Shown: positions 36,761 through 46,540 of the stretch, in pieces | How positions within the stretch are numbered: position 1 is the first letter of the stretch | Layout of the letters: every line of letters starts with the position of its first letter | Translations under genes and position numbers: made by a program | Assembly: GCA_964252035.1 (NCBI GenBank) | Contig: OZ176213.1 | DNA from: Podarcis erhardii | Taxonomy: Eukaryota | Direction: 5' to 3' (one strand) | DNA: 64,000 bases | The notes under the pieces: model-generated | What the model saw: only the letters and a program-made list of their open reading frames with translations | What the model was told of the DNA's origin: nothing | Database searches by the model: none

Positions 36761-37351
36761 TGATATTCTTCTGGATGGCAATAGACTACTTCAATACTGT
36801 AGATTCATTAGTCATGGCAGGGTAATAAAAAGAGAATTGAGACATGTGAGGCCATTTGTTCTGAGCAGCTAATTCATTCTGCTCACTCCTAACAGGCCCT
36901 AAAAAAGGCTACTCTTTGCTTCATTGTGTAGGGGGAAAGAACCCAGCCTGACAGCAGTGCAGTAATGCTTCAGAGCCTGCTTGAACTCTGTTGTCAACCT
37001 GAAATTTATTTTAGTCTTCTAAGCTTGGAGCAAAATGTGTGGATCTACCTGCTACCAAGTCAGACTATTTATCCATTTTGCTCAGTATTGTGTACCCTAA
37101 ACTACCCGTCATGTTTATATTCTCACTTTTTTTAAAAGTGTGTGTAACTGGGTTGCTTCCATTTTGAAGGAAAAAAGGTTGCAGGATGCAATTGTATCTT
37201 AAATCTACTTTATTTTGAAGGGGAGGGGGTAGTAAACAGTAAACGGCAAATAGGCCGTATGCAGGTTTTGACCCAGAGAATATCTGAGAAAATCAGTGGA
37301 AGAGAGAAGGAAGCTTAGAATGTGTTACATTACAGATGTAGATACATGAGA

Positions 37352-37550
37352 AAGCTATAGTTCAGTGGTAGAGCATGTGCTTTGCTTGTCAAAGGTCCCA
37401 GGTTCAGTTGCTGGCATTGCTAGGACTGGGAAGAAATATTGTTTGTCAGAGCCTTTGGAAAGATGCTGCCAGGCTGAGTAAATGGTACTTGGCTGAATGG
37501 ACCAGTTGTTTGACATGGTATTAGGCAGCATCATATGATCAAGCCTCCCT
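37352..37550 (+). mobile_element. Old tRNA-derived SINE (Squam2-like)
   Basis: AGCTATAGTTCAGTGGTAGAGCATGTGCTTTGC..AAGGTCCCAGGTTCA head; TGGACCAG..GGTATTAGGCAGC tail. Confidence 0.75.
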
Positions 37551-37714
37551 AAGCTACAGTTCACTCTGACAAGCCCACAGTAGGGGGACTTCTGGTTTGG
37601 AGGGTGTCAGTTCCTTGGAGATGCAAGTCCTGGCCCAGTACAGGTTGAAAATTAAGCCTTTCACAATTTATTTCCCAATAAATCCTACTAATATTACTAG
37701 CCACAATGGCTGTG

Positions 37715-37885
37715 TACTGTCTCTGCTATCAGAAGCAACATCCCTCTGAATGCCTGTTGCTGGGGAGCACAAGTGGGGAGAGCTTTTTTGACCTCAGGTT
37801 CTCCCTGGGGCATCTGGGTGGCCACTGAAGGAACAGAATGCCAGACACCAGTTTGCTCCAGCTAGACTTTTCTTATACCCTTAAC
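37715..37885 (+). mobile_element. CR1-type 3' end
   Basis: CCTCTGAATGCCTGTTGCTGGGGAGCAC..GGCATCTGGGTGGCCACTG..AGAATGC. Confidence 0.6.
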
Positions 37886-38399
37886 GTTAGTTTGGGGAAA
37901 GCTGCTTTATCTCCATGGGAAATGTTTTGGTGGAAGTGGCTGGCCTTTCTTGAAATGTTCTTGCTTTGAAAACTGAAGCATGAGGATTGGTGGGTTTTCC
38001 CCCTTTCCTGGTACTATTAAAAAGATAAATTGGACAGCAACGAGTGAGGCATGAGGCATCTCTTGGGACCTAGTTATGAGTCCTGTAATATTGTGCTGGG
38101 GCCACTGTTGTCTCCTCTGTGTTGTAAAACCTCCCCAGAGCTTTTTGCAACGATTGTTAGGGGTGTTTTGTTTGAGCTTCTTCCCCATGTTGACATTTCT
38201 GTCTGGTCACCAGAAAGTGGCATTTTTCTAGTACATACCATGCAAGCGCAGGGTGACAAAACAGCTTATGGTCTCACACTGAAAAGTGTTATACAAATCA
38301 TTATTATTAGTTATCTTCAGCACTGTTATCAATAACATTGTAATCTAGGAATGCCCTTGTGTCCATCACTGGCTCTCCATGTCTTAAAACAATTAAACC

Positions 38400-38727
38400 C
38401 TCAGTATTGCAGTGGTAGATCACATGTTTTGCATGCAGAAGGTCCCATATTCAATTTCCAGGTAACACTGGAACCCTGGAATACTCCTTCCCAAAACCCT
38501 GGAGAGCCACTGACCATTAGTGTAGGTCATTCCCAAACTTGGGTCTCCAGTTGTTTTTGGACTACAATTCCCATCATCCCTGACCACTGGTCTTGCCAGC
38601 TAGGGGTGATGGGAGTTGTAGTCCAAAAACAGCTGGAGACCCAAGTTTAGGAAACGCTGGTATAGGCAGTACTGAGCCAATGGGCCAATTGGTCTGATTC
38701 GGTATAAGGCAACTTCATATGGTCCTA
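38400..38727 (+). mobile_element. Squam2-like SINE split by a hairpin MITE
   Basis: Head CAGTGGTAGATCACATG..GCATGCAGAAGGTCCC (about 38410-38445); tail GTACTGAGC..GGTATAAGGCAACTTCATATG (about 38669-38722). Confidence 0.75.
38524..38659. mobile_element. Near-perfect palindromic MITE (hAT-like)
   Basis: About 50-bp arms CCCAAACTTGGGTCTCCAGTTGTTTTTGGACTACAATTCCCATCA / TGATGGGAGTTGTAGTCCAAAAACAGCTGGAGACCCAAGTTTAGG; possible TSD GTGTAGGT/GTATAGGC. Confidence 0.85.
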
Positions 38728-38796
38728 GGTGCTGCTACTTTGTCGCAGGGCCCTGGTCCCAATGTGCATCACACTTGCTGCTAGATTCATTATGCC

Positions 38797-39440
38797 CAGG
38801 GCCGGATTTAGGTTTGATGAGGCCCTAAGCTACTGAAGGTGATGGGGCCCTTTATATGTCCAGCTGTCCTTTGTCAACAACAAATTGTCGCTGTTTTTTG
38901 TGTTGAATATATGACGCGGGTGGCGCTGTGGGTTAAACACAGAGCCTAGGACTTGCCGATCAGAAGGTCGGCGGTTTGAATCCCCGCGACGGGGTGAGCT
39001 CCCGTTGCCCGGTCCCTGCTCCTGCCAACCTAGCAGTTCGAAAGCACGTCAAAGTGCAAGTAGATAAACAGGTACCACTCCGGCGGGAAGGTAAAAGGCG
39101 TTTCCGTGCGCTGCTCTGGTTCGCCAGAAGCGGCTTAGTCATGCTGGCCACATGACCCAGAAGCTGTATGCCGGCTCCCTTGGCTAGTAAAGTGAGATGA
39201 GCGCCGCAACCCCAGAGTCGGCCACGACTAGACCTAATGGTCAGGGGTCCCTTTACCTTTACCTATATGCTATATGGTAATTTATGGACTTAATAGGTAC
39301 CTAAAGCTATTTTATTTGTTTTTTATCTTATATTTTGGAAATGTACATCCAGGTTTTTTTCCTTTAAATATTTTTGGGGGGCCCAAGAGAATGGGGTCCT
39401 AAGCTAAAGCTTGTTTAGCTTACACGTAAATCTGGCACTG
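38797..39440. mobile_element. hAT-superfamily non-autonomous element hosting a Sauria SINE
   Basis: Perfect 8-bp TSD ATTATGCC (38789-38796, 39441-39448); TIRs CAGGGCCGGATTTA / TAAATCTGGCACTG (12/14). Confidence 0.92.
38914..39263 (+). mobile_element. Sauria SINE (Squam1), full length, lacertid type
   Basis: GACGCGGGTGGCGCTGTGGGTTAAAC head, B box GGTTTGAATCC, (ACCTTT)n tail; TSD TATATG at 38908-38913 and 39264-39269. Confidence 0.95.
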
Positions 39441-39987
39441 ATTATGCCCACCTTGCAGATTTCCAGTGCCAGGCAAAGAGAGCTTGCACTGTAGAGATGC
39501 GGTCCTATCTGCCTCCATAGAAAGTCATGGCCAGTGGTTGCTTTCAGTTCACTGCTGGAAATTCAAGCTGTCTTGTCACTCCCCTTTTAATTCTGTGTCT
39601 GCTTCTGCAAGATAGAAGGTCAGTATTAACTAATCCCATTTAGAGTGGCATTATTTCCCCATTCTTTCTTTGAAGATTTTAAGTAGTTGTTAATTGAACA
39701 CATTAGATGGATCTGGGCACATTTCAGTACCTACGGTATGATTTGTTTTAAATTGCTTTAACTATTTTCCATGCCACATTTCCAACCTTCCTTAGACTTT
39801 TTTTTTAAACCAAACACTATTTTATAACCAACTATCCAAGGAACCAGATAGTGATTTGATGGCTGCAAGTCACTCCATTATGGTAACAAGCAGACCAAAA
39901 CAATTGAGTTACAGCTTTAAAAATATATATTAATAATATAAGCTGTTGGTCCCTTGTGCCTCAAGAGAAATCTCTTAGTTCACATCA

Positions 39988-40122
39988 GCCTTTGCCGACC
40001 TGGTGCCCTCTGGACGTTTTGGACGACAACTCCAATCAGTCCCAGCCAATACAGCTGTGCTTGCTGAAGCAGATGGGAGTTGTAGGTTTAAACATCTGGA
40101 GGGCACCAGATTGCCAAAAGCT
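39988..40122. mobile_element. Short hairpin MITE
   Basis: AGCCTTTGCCGACCTGGTGCCCTCTGGACGTTTT / AAACATCTGGAGGGCACCAGATTGCCAAAAGCT arms. Confidence 0.75.
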
Positions 40123-40754
40123 AGTCTACGTCCAACCCACAGAGCTGCTCAAACAGATCTCCAGAGCCTCTGAGTCTTTTATTATCCTTCCAGGACCTTC
40201 TCTCCCTGACCCCAACTCCTTTCTCATCCATATGCAGTTGCTGCTGACTCCAGTTCTGACTGTCCAATTTCCGAATTAATACTATGCACATCCACAAAAC
40301 CACCTTGATAGGCAAAGGCACTCAAAGGGTATCTTCTCCAGAAGTGATATTACAATCTCCAGAACTTGTTTCTTGAGAGAGAAATAGTGTCTTCTGAATG
40401 GGAACTTGGTTCTGATGCCAGATTTTGCATGTGTTAGGTAAGAATAAACACAAGCTCTGCTGGAAGCAGAATGGACTGTGTCTTTCTGTTTAGGCTGCTA
40501 ACAGTGGAGAAGGTTGTTTTGTAGAGCTGGTACTTTCCCCATATGACACTCTGAGCTGGTCTGACAGCTGGCAAAGAAAAGAAAATATCATTTCTTTCTT
40601 TTTTACAGTCAATTGTTTTGTATTACTTTGAATTATTGAAGGGCATATCTCTTACTTATTGAGTTCATGCAGGTGGCCCCCTGTTGTTCCTTTGGACTAT
40701 TTATGGATACACAAGCTAACTTTTTGGTCTTTATTGGGTATTGTTGTTTGCTTG

Positions 40755-40785
40755 TTTGCTTTGCTTTGCTTTGCTTTGCTTTGCT
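40755..40785. repeat. (TTTGC)n microsatellite
   Basis: Direct inspection. Confidence 0.92.
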
Positions 40786-40863
40786 TTTTACCACCATTGA
40801 TCATGCCTCCCCAGCCTGGAAATCTAGTTTCTTCTTATTTATGTAGAGGTGAACTGCCTGCAG

Positions 40864-40999
40864 CAGGCGTAGCCAGCATGGTGCCCTCCAGGTGTTTTGG
40901 ACTACAACTCCCATCCTCCTTGATCACTTGTAATGCTGAGTGGGGCTGTTGGGAGTCATAGTCCAGAACATCTAGAGGGCACCATGTTGGCCACCCCTG
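40864..40999. mobile_element. Short hairpin MITE (hAT-like CAGGGGT ends)
   Basis: CAGGCGTAGCCAGCATGGTGCCCTCCAGGTGTTTTGGACTAC / TAGTCCAGAACATCTAGAGGGCACCATGTTGGCCACCCCTG. Confidence 0.8.
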
Positions 41000-43267
41000 G
41001 GCTACCATAACAATACAAACGGTGGCATATAAAATGACATTAAGCTATTGATTAAAAATTATCTTCAGTGAACCTTGGTGTCCTCTTAAGAAAATCTTAG
41101 AGGAAATGAGCAACTACTTCTGGAAGTAGTTTTTCTCATCCTTAGTGGCTAAATTAGACTTCTCTGAAGTATGCATAAAGAATTGGGGGGGGGCTCTGTT
41201 TCAAAAAAATTGAGACTCAAGATGAGTAAAGCTTTTAGATATTAGAAGTAGACATGAAAGACATGTAGCTTGTGTGTTCTTTGTCTGTAGTAATTGAAGT
41301 TAGGGAAAATTTTAAGGTTGAATTCTGTGCCTTGCTAGGGAGATGCAGACTTGCAAGTTTTGTTCATGCATACTGAGTGTGTAAATTTTACTGAATGTGT
41401 TGTTGTCTTACCTTTTGTTAAACTCTTGCTCTGTGATGGTTTGTTGACTAGTTAAAAAATAAACAAATCCAACATAAAATATTATAAAACTCTCTAAATT
41501 TAAACATAAAAATTGTTTGGCATTTGCATGGCTCTGTAACTGTTGTCATGAGAAGTTTTACACCTCGGTTACTAGCTTCTCTGTTTGCCTTTATCTAGGC
41601 TTGCCACACAGATGGTAAGCTAAAGAGGGCGCTCTTGGTTGACCATGGAGACTCTGTAGAGGCGGAGGTGAGGCTGTTGAGCTATGTAGAGGTCAAGTCA
41701 TGTAGGATTTGGCAGCTGAAAACCAGCCCTTTTAAAACATTCAGGTGACTATAGAGCTGTAGTTTCCACTGATTCCATGTACCCTGGTCTTGGAGATGTG
41801 CACACTGGGAGACAGGCTGATGCATATGGACCAATTGAATTTTGTAATCAGAGGCATGTGTGTGTAAGAGACGGACCATTCTAGTTCTTCCCTTGTGATT
41901 TTTGCCAAACAAAGGTCGTCTGTTGAAAGCAACTTCTCTATTGTCACAACGAAAGCTGATGTCCAGCATTTGTGGTGGTTTTTGTGGGGGTAGAATTGGA
42001 AGTAAAGGTTCCACTGCCCAAGGCCTGGGTCATGAATTAATAATTGCCTCCTCCGTGGCGGGTGAGGCCCATCAGCAAAGCTGGGAACGAAGAAGTTGCC
42101 TTGCAGAGTGCTATCAATCACCCAGTGACCATAACTTCTAGTAATTAGTGTATTTTATGGGCCTCTGCTTCCGAGGCTTGGAAGCGCATATGCTCCAGTC
42201 ACAGTGAAACTTAGCCAGAGTAATATTCCAGAATGATTTATCCGCTTGCTGCACTGGGAGGTAACCCTATATTAGGGGAAGATTGTGAACTAAGCTGCAA
42301 TAAAGTGTAAGTTTAGGTAAAGTTTGCCCAGGTTGAGACCTCAATGCATCATTTCTTTTCCGGCATTCATTGCTCGGCGACAGTAGGCAGGCTTTGTGCT
42401 GAGGAAATAAATAACGCAATTATGTGAACAGAGAGGTGTACGAGCAGTGAAAGAAATATGTATGCGGTCTTCCTACAAATCCATCTCTAAACAAAACTCG
42501 GATTCTGAAACTCAACTAATTAGCCATCTTTATTGCTACTCAAGCTCCTTTTTTTGTTACAGAAGTGCCTAAGGCAAACCAGCGTACAAAGAGACGAGCA
42601 CCCTGCTCTTGGCAGTCCTATCGTGCCAAATTTGCAGCAGGCTGGGAGCTCAAGCCCCATCTCCCTTCACTCTCTCCCCCAATAAGAGAAGCTGGGAGAG
42701 TTGGGAAGGAGCAGAACTGGGGTGGCACCTCCTGTTTCGTCACCTCTGCACCTCCAAAGCCTCCCTTACCTGAGTCTTGCGGCAGCCCCGCAAAAAGTGG
42801 CCGTGACAGCGGCAGGTTCTGGTGAGATCTCACAAGATCTTGGCAGAAGCCACTGCTGCCACTGCTTCTCAGCCAGCGGCAGAAGGGGTGTTGCCTCTTG
42901 GTGTTCCACCGCCTGATGCAGCTGCCTCAGCCCGCCTCATGGGCATGCTGGCTCTAAGCAGGACTGTGTCTGATTTGCCAGCAGGACCTTGCTCCTTGCA
43001 ATTCTATTTCTTTGCATTTCCACATCATTTATTATTTCTACAGCACTATCTGTGCGCCTGGCACTAGACAGAGTGCTAGAGGATGGCTTTCTGCTCCAGG
43101 TTGCTTACAATCTCAAATACGACTCGGGGGCGGGTAGACAAAGGGGAGGGAAGTAGAAGCAGAACTAAACATGGACACTACAAAAGACTGTGAGAAGTGC
43201 AGCACTGCAAGAACAGGGAGCTGGTTTAGATTGGCCTTTGAGCTAATCCCGAAGAGCTCTTCTTACA

Positions 43268-43390
43268 TTGTTCTGTGGCTCTCCAGATGTTTTTGGACTA
43301 TACATCTCATCATCGCTGACCATTGGCCATTGAGATTGGCACTAATGGGAATTGGAGTCCAAAACAACTGGAGAACTACTGGGGGAGTGG
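43268..43390. mobile_element. Short hairpin MITE
   Basis: CTCCAGATGTTTTTGGACTA..CATC / ATGGGAATTGGAGTCCAAAACAACTGGAG. Confidence 0.7.
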
Positions 43391-44726
43391 GCTATGCAGA
43401 GCACCAAAGCCTCAGCCTCCAGACACCAAGAATTCCTCTCCAGGACTTGAATTAAATACATTGATTTCAACTTGCCAGCCAAACTTGAAGCTGGAGGTCT
43501 CTCATCTCAGGTAGATCCCAGGCTTTACATCAGGAACAGCCTTTACAAAAACGGAGCATCCGTACCTAAAGTAATTGGGGGGTGGGTGTATGCAGAATTT
43601 AGCAGCACTGGGTGATTCTTTTTGATTTATAAGGCTTTAGTGAAAGTGAATTAAACTTGGGGTTTAATCTCTTTTGTCTGGAGGTCCCAGAGGGCATGTT
43701 TCTTGCTTGGTCTGGTGGCCTTTCTCCCTAGCCTAGGTGCAGCCTCCAACAGACGTGTCATTTCATCTGTCTCTGTTACTCGGGCTCATGGCCCTCTGCA
43801 GGGGTCGCACATTCCACAAGTTATCAGCTAATGGTCTTGTACATTAAAAATGGAAGCTTCCTCTGCTCAGTGGCCTTGCCTTGCTTTGTTTCTAAGCCCC
43901 AGACACTTTGGAGTGCAGCTGCGAACTATAGGCAGAAGATTAAATTAATTTGTAACTCTCCCCCCCTTTTTTTCTTTTGGACCTGTGTTACTAAATCCTT
44001 CTCATTTAATTGAAACCCTATTTCAATGTGGTTTGCGTCTCTTGTTCTTTGTTGCCAATTTAACCTCCAAAGCACTTTAACATGAGTAAATTGCGGTTAT
44101 ATCCTCCTGGATTCTTTTTTAAACTGAGCAATAAGAGGACAGTGGAATTGGTATAGGTAGGAAGGAAAAACGATAGGGCTTCTTCTTGCAGTATTTAATA
44201 TTTATCAGGGTCTTTGTCAGTGGAAAGTTAAAGCGATTTTAAACCTTGAATCTAGAAATCTACAAATTGGTCTCGGAAATGAAATCTTACCATGTGAGTT
44301 TCAGGTAATCCAGTTGTTATGTCTGGGTTTGTTTGGTCTGTTGTTGTTTTTTTAAAAAAGTTTCCAATGTCTGAATGTTCCAAACTGTCGGCTGCTTTCC
44401 TCTAAATTGAGGGTTTAACTGCAGTGCACAATCTAAATGCAAAATCTTGAGATGGAAATTTAATTGTGTAAAATGTGCACAAAGTAATTAAGAACAAATT
44501 TTAGAACATTTCAGACTATAAAGTTCTTCTTTAGCTCGATCACAAGCAGTATCGTAAGTGCTTATTTTCAATTTGCAGTTATGCTGAGAAACATGGAATG
44601 CAACTAAATAAAGCCATCCTGTGCTCTTCAGTATAACTGTAAATTAAAAAGCCAAACAAACTTGCAAGTCGCACAGAGTAATTTAAAGAAGGGTGGGCAG
44701 GAGACTTTATAGCATCATTGTCCATT

Positions 44727-44764
44727 GTATCTGAAGAAGTGTGCATGCACATGAAAGCTCATAC
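44727..44764 (+). ncRNA. Minimal type I hammerhead ribozyme motif
   Basis: Helix I GUAU/AUAC, core CUGAAGA, helix II GUGUG-CAUG-CACAU, GAAA, palindromic AGCU helix III, CUC cleavage triplet. Confidence 0.75.
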
Positions 44765-44815
44765 CTAGAACTAACTTAGTTGGTCTTTAAGGTGCTACTG
44801 GAAGGAATTTTTTTA
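44727..44815 (+). mobile_element. Penelope-like element pLTR/tail remnant
   Basis: GTATCTGAAGAAGTGTGCATGCACATGAAAGCTCATACC..GTTGGTCTTTAAGGTGCTACT, the common reptile Penelope/Neptune-type terminus; sister copy at 1831. Confidence 0.8.
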
Positions 44816-45077
44816 TCTTAAAAACAATATTCAGCATGCCCTTGCCTCAGTGGCTTTCTGTTTACATTAGTGTCAGGACTCAAGCCTGCAGTGGATCTTG
44901 AACTCACCATTTGAGGGATGTTAAGCTGGGATTTAATGAGTATATTGCCACCCAGATCTAGTCAAAGGTGGAATTGCAACAAGACCACCTTGGCGTACCT
45001 CTTGCTGCCAATAGACCAGAGGCAGGTGAGGCTCCCAGACCTCTGAAAAAACGTTGATGGCCAGCTTGCTTGTATAT

Positions 45078-45270
45078 GAATGTATGAAGCTGCCTTATAT
45101 TGCATCAGATCATTGGTCCATCCAGTTCAGCATTGTCTCCTCCAGCAGCCACACCTCTCCACAGTGTCAAGCTGAGGCACGTCTTTCTCGGCCATGCTTC
45201 CCTAGGATGCTGGAGATTGAACTTAGCTCTTCATGAAATGCAAAGTGTGTTCTCTAACAATGAACTGCTG
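45078..45270 (-). mobile_element. Old Squam2-like SINE
   Basis: GAAGCTGCCTTATAT..GATCATTGGTCCATCCAGTTCAGCATTGTC is the reverse of the family tail. Confidence 0.65.
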
Positions 45271-45499
45271 TTGCATGTGTTCCTCTAAGTGCCCCTCAGT
45301 CTATGCCTTCCCCCAGCAGCCGAATGCACCTTGGAAGGTCACTATAACTGAAGGTATGTTGAAAGTTTCATGGTAGGATGGAAAGATGTGTATTCTGATT
45401 TGACCCCTCCTCCTGAAGAAATCCAGGGAAACAAACGCATTCACAGTAAAAAATATTCTTTTTTAAAAAAGCATTCTAAAAGCAGTTACATTAAAACAG

Positions 45500-45680
45500 T
45501 CAAAAACCAGTTAAAACATGATCTCATCCAGTGATCTCAGGGTTGCCAGGAACAGTATCCTTCAGACATCACATGCCTGGGTAAAGAAGAATGTTTTCAA
45601 GTTCATTGTAAAATTCAGTACTGATGGATGCAGATACACCTCACCAGGGGTTGTGTAAATAGGAAGTCACCACTGAAAAG
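45500..45680 (-). mobile_element. L2-type fragment adjoining BovB
   Basis: ATGCCTGGGTAAAGAAGAATGTTTTCAA..GATGGATGCAGATACACCTCACCAGGG. Confidence 0.5.
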
Positions 45681-45686
45681 CAGCAT

Positions 45687-46052
45687 GTTGTTCAGTCATT
45701 TAGTCGTGTCCGACTCTTCATGACCCCATGGACCAGAGCACGCCAGGCCCTCCTGTCTTTCACTGCCTCCCGCATTTTGGTCAAACTCACGTTTGTATCT
45801 TTGAGAACGCTGTCCAACCATCTTGTCCTCTGTCGTCCCCTTCTCCTTGTGCCCTCAATCTTTACCAGCATCAGGGTCTTTTCCAGGGAGTCTTCTCTTC
45901 TCATGAGGTGGCCAAAGTACTGGAGCCTGAGCTTCACAACCTGTCCTTCCAGTGAGCACTCAGGGCTGATTTCCTTCAGAATGAAGAAGTTTGATCTTCT
46001 TGCAGTCCATGGGACTCTCAAGAATCTCCTCCAGCACCATAATTCAAAAGCA
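45687..46052 (-). mobile_element. RTE-BovB LINE, 5'-truncated 3' end
   Basis: ORF 45692..46165 contains AFELWCWRR..VPWTARRSN..ILKEISPECSLEGQ..KLRLQYFGHLMRREDSLEKTLML..RRRGRQRTRWLD; ends in ...KSRTRLND. Confidence 0.96.
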
Positions 46053-46059
46053 CCCATTA

Positions 46060-46200
46060 TACCAGGGTTGTGGGATCTGCGGCCTTCCATCTGTTGTTGG
46101 ACTACAATCCCATCATCTGTGACCATTGGCCATGTTGCCTGGGACTGGTGAGGGTTAGAGTCCAACAGCTACTGGGCTGGCTGTGGAACAGGTGCCCCAT
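46060..46200. mobile_element. Short hairpin MITE abutting the BovB 5' break
   Basis: CATCTGTTGTTGGACTACAATCCCATCATC / GGTTAGAGTCCAACAGCT. Confidence 0.65.
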
Positions 46201-46365
46201 CCTTGGCTTATACTATTCTGTGTATGTTAAAGCTTTTAGTGTTACCTCCTTTCACTATTCTTAATCATGGACATAACAAATAACTTCACATTTTATCTTT
46301 GTCATTCAGTTCTCCTAGCAAGTCACTGAGGCATCATGCCCTGATTTAGAGATACATTTGAATCT

Positions 46366-46540
46366 TAGAAGCTGCCTTATACAGAATCAGCCCAGTGCTG
46401 TCTGTTCCCACTGGTGTTGGCTCTCCAAGGAGTTAGGCTGAGAGAGATCTTTTCCAGCCCTGCCACCCAACAGTGAGTGCAAGTGGTTGAATCTGGGGCC
46501 TTATGCATGCAAATCACATGCTCCACTACTGAGCATATCT
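46366..46540 (-). mobile_element. Old Squam2-like SINE
   Basis: GAAGCTGCCTTATAC tail and GCATGCAAATCACATGCTCCACTACTGAGC head, both in reverse. Confidence 0.65.

Noticed and set aside
42266-42276. CArG-like CCTATATTAGG
   Set aside because: Seven A/T between CC and GG; a canonical CArG box has six.
45410-45440. CTGAAGAA...GGAAAC hammerhead-like spacing
   Set aside because: Helices I and II cannot form and there is no NUH triplet in register.
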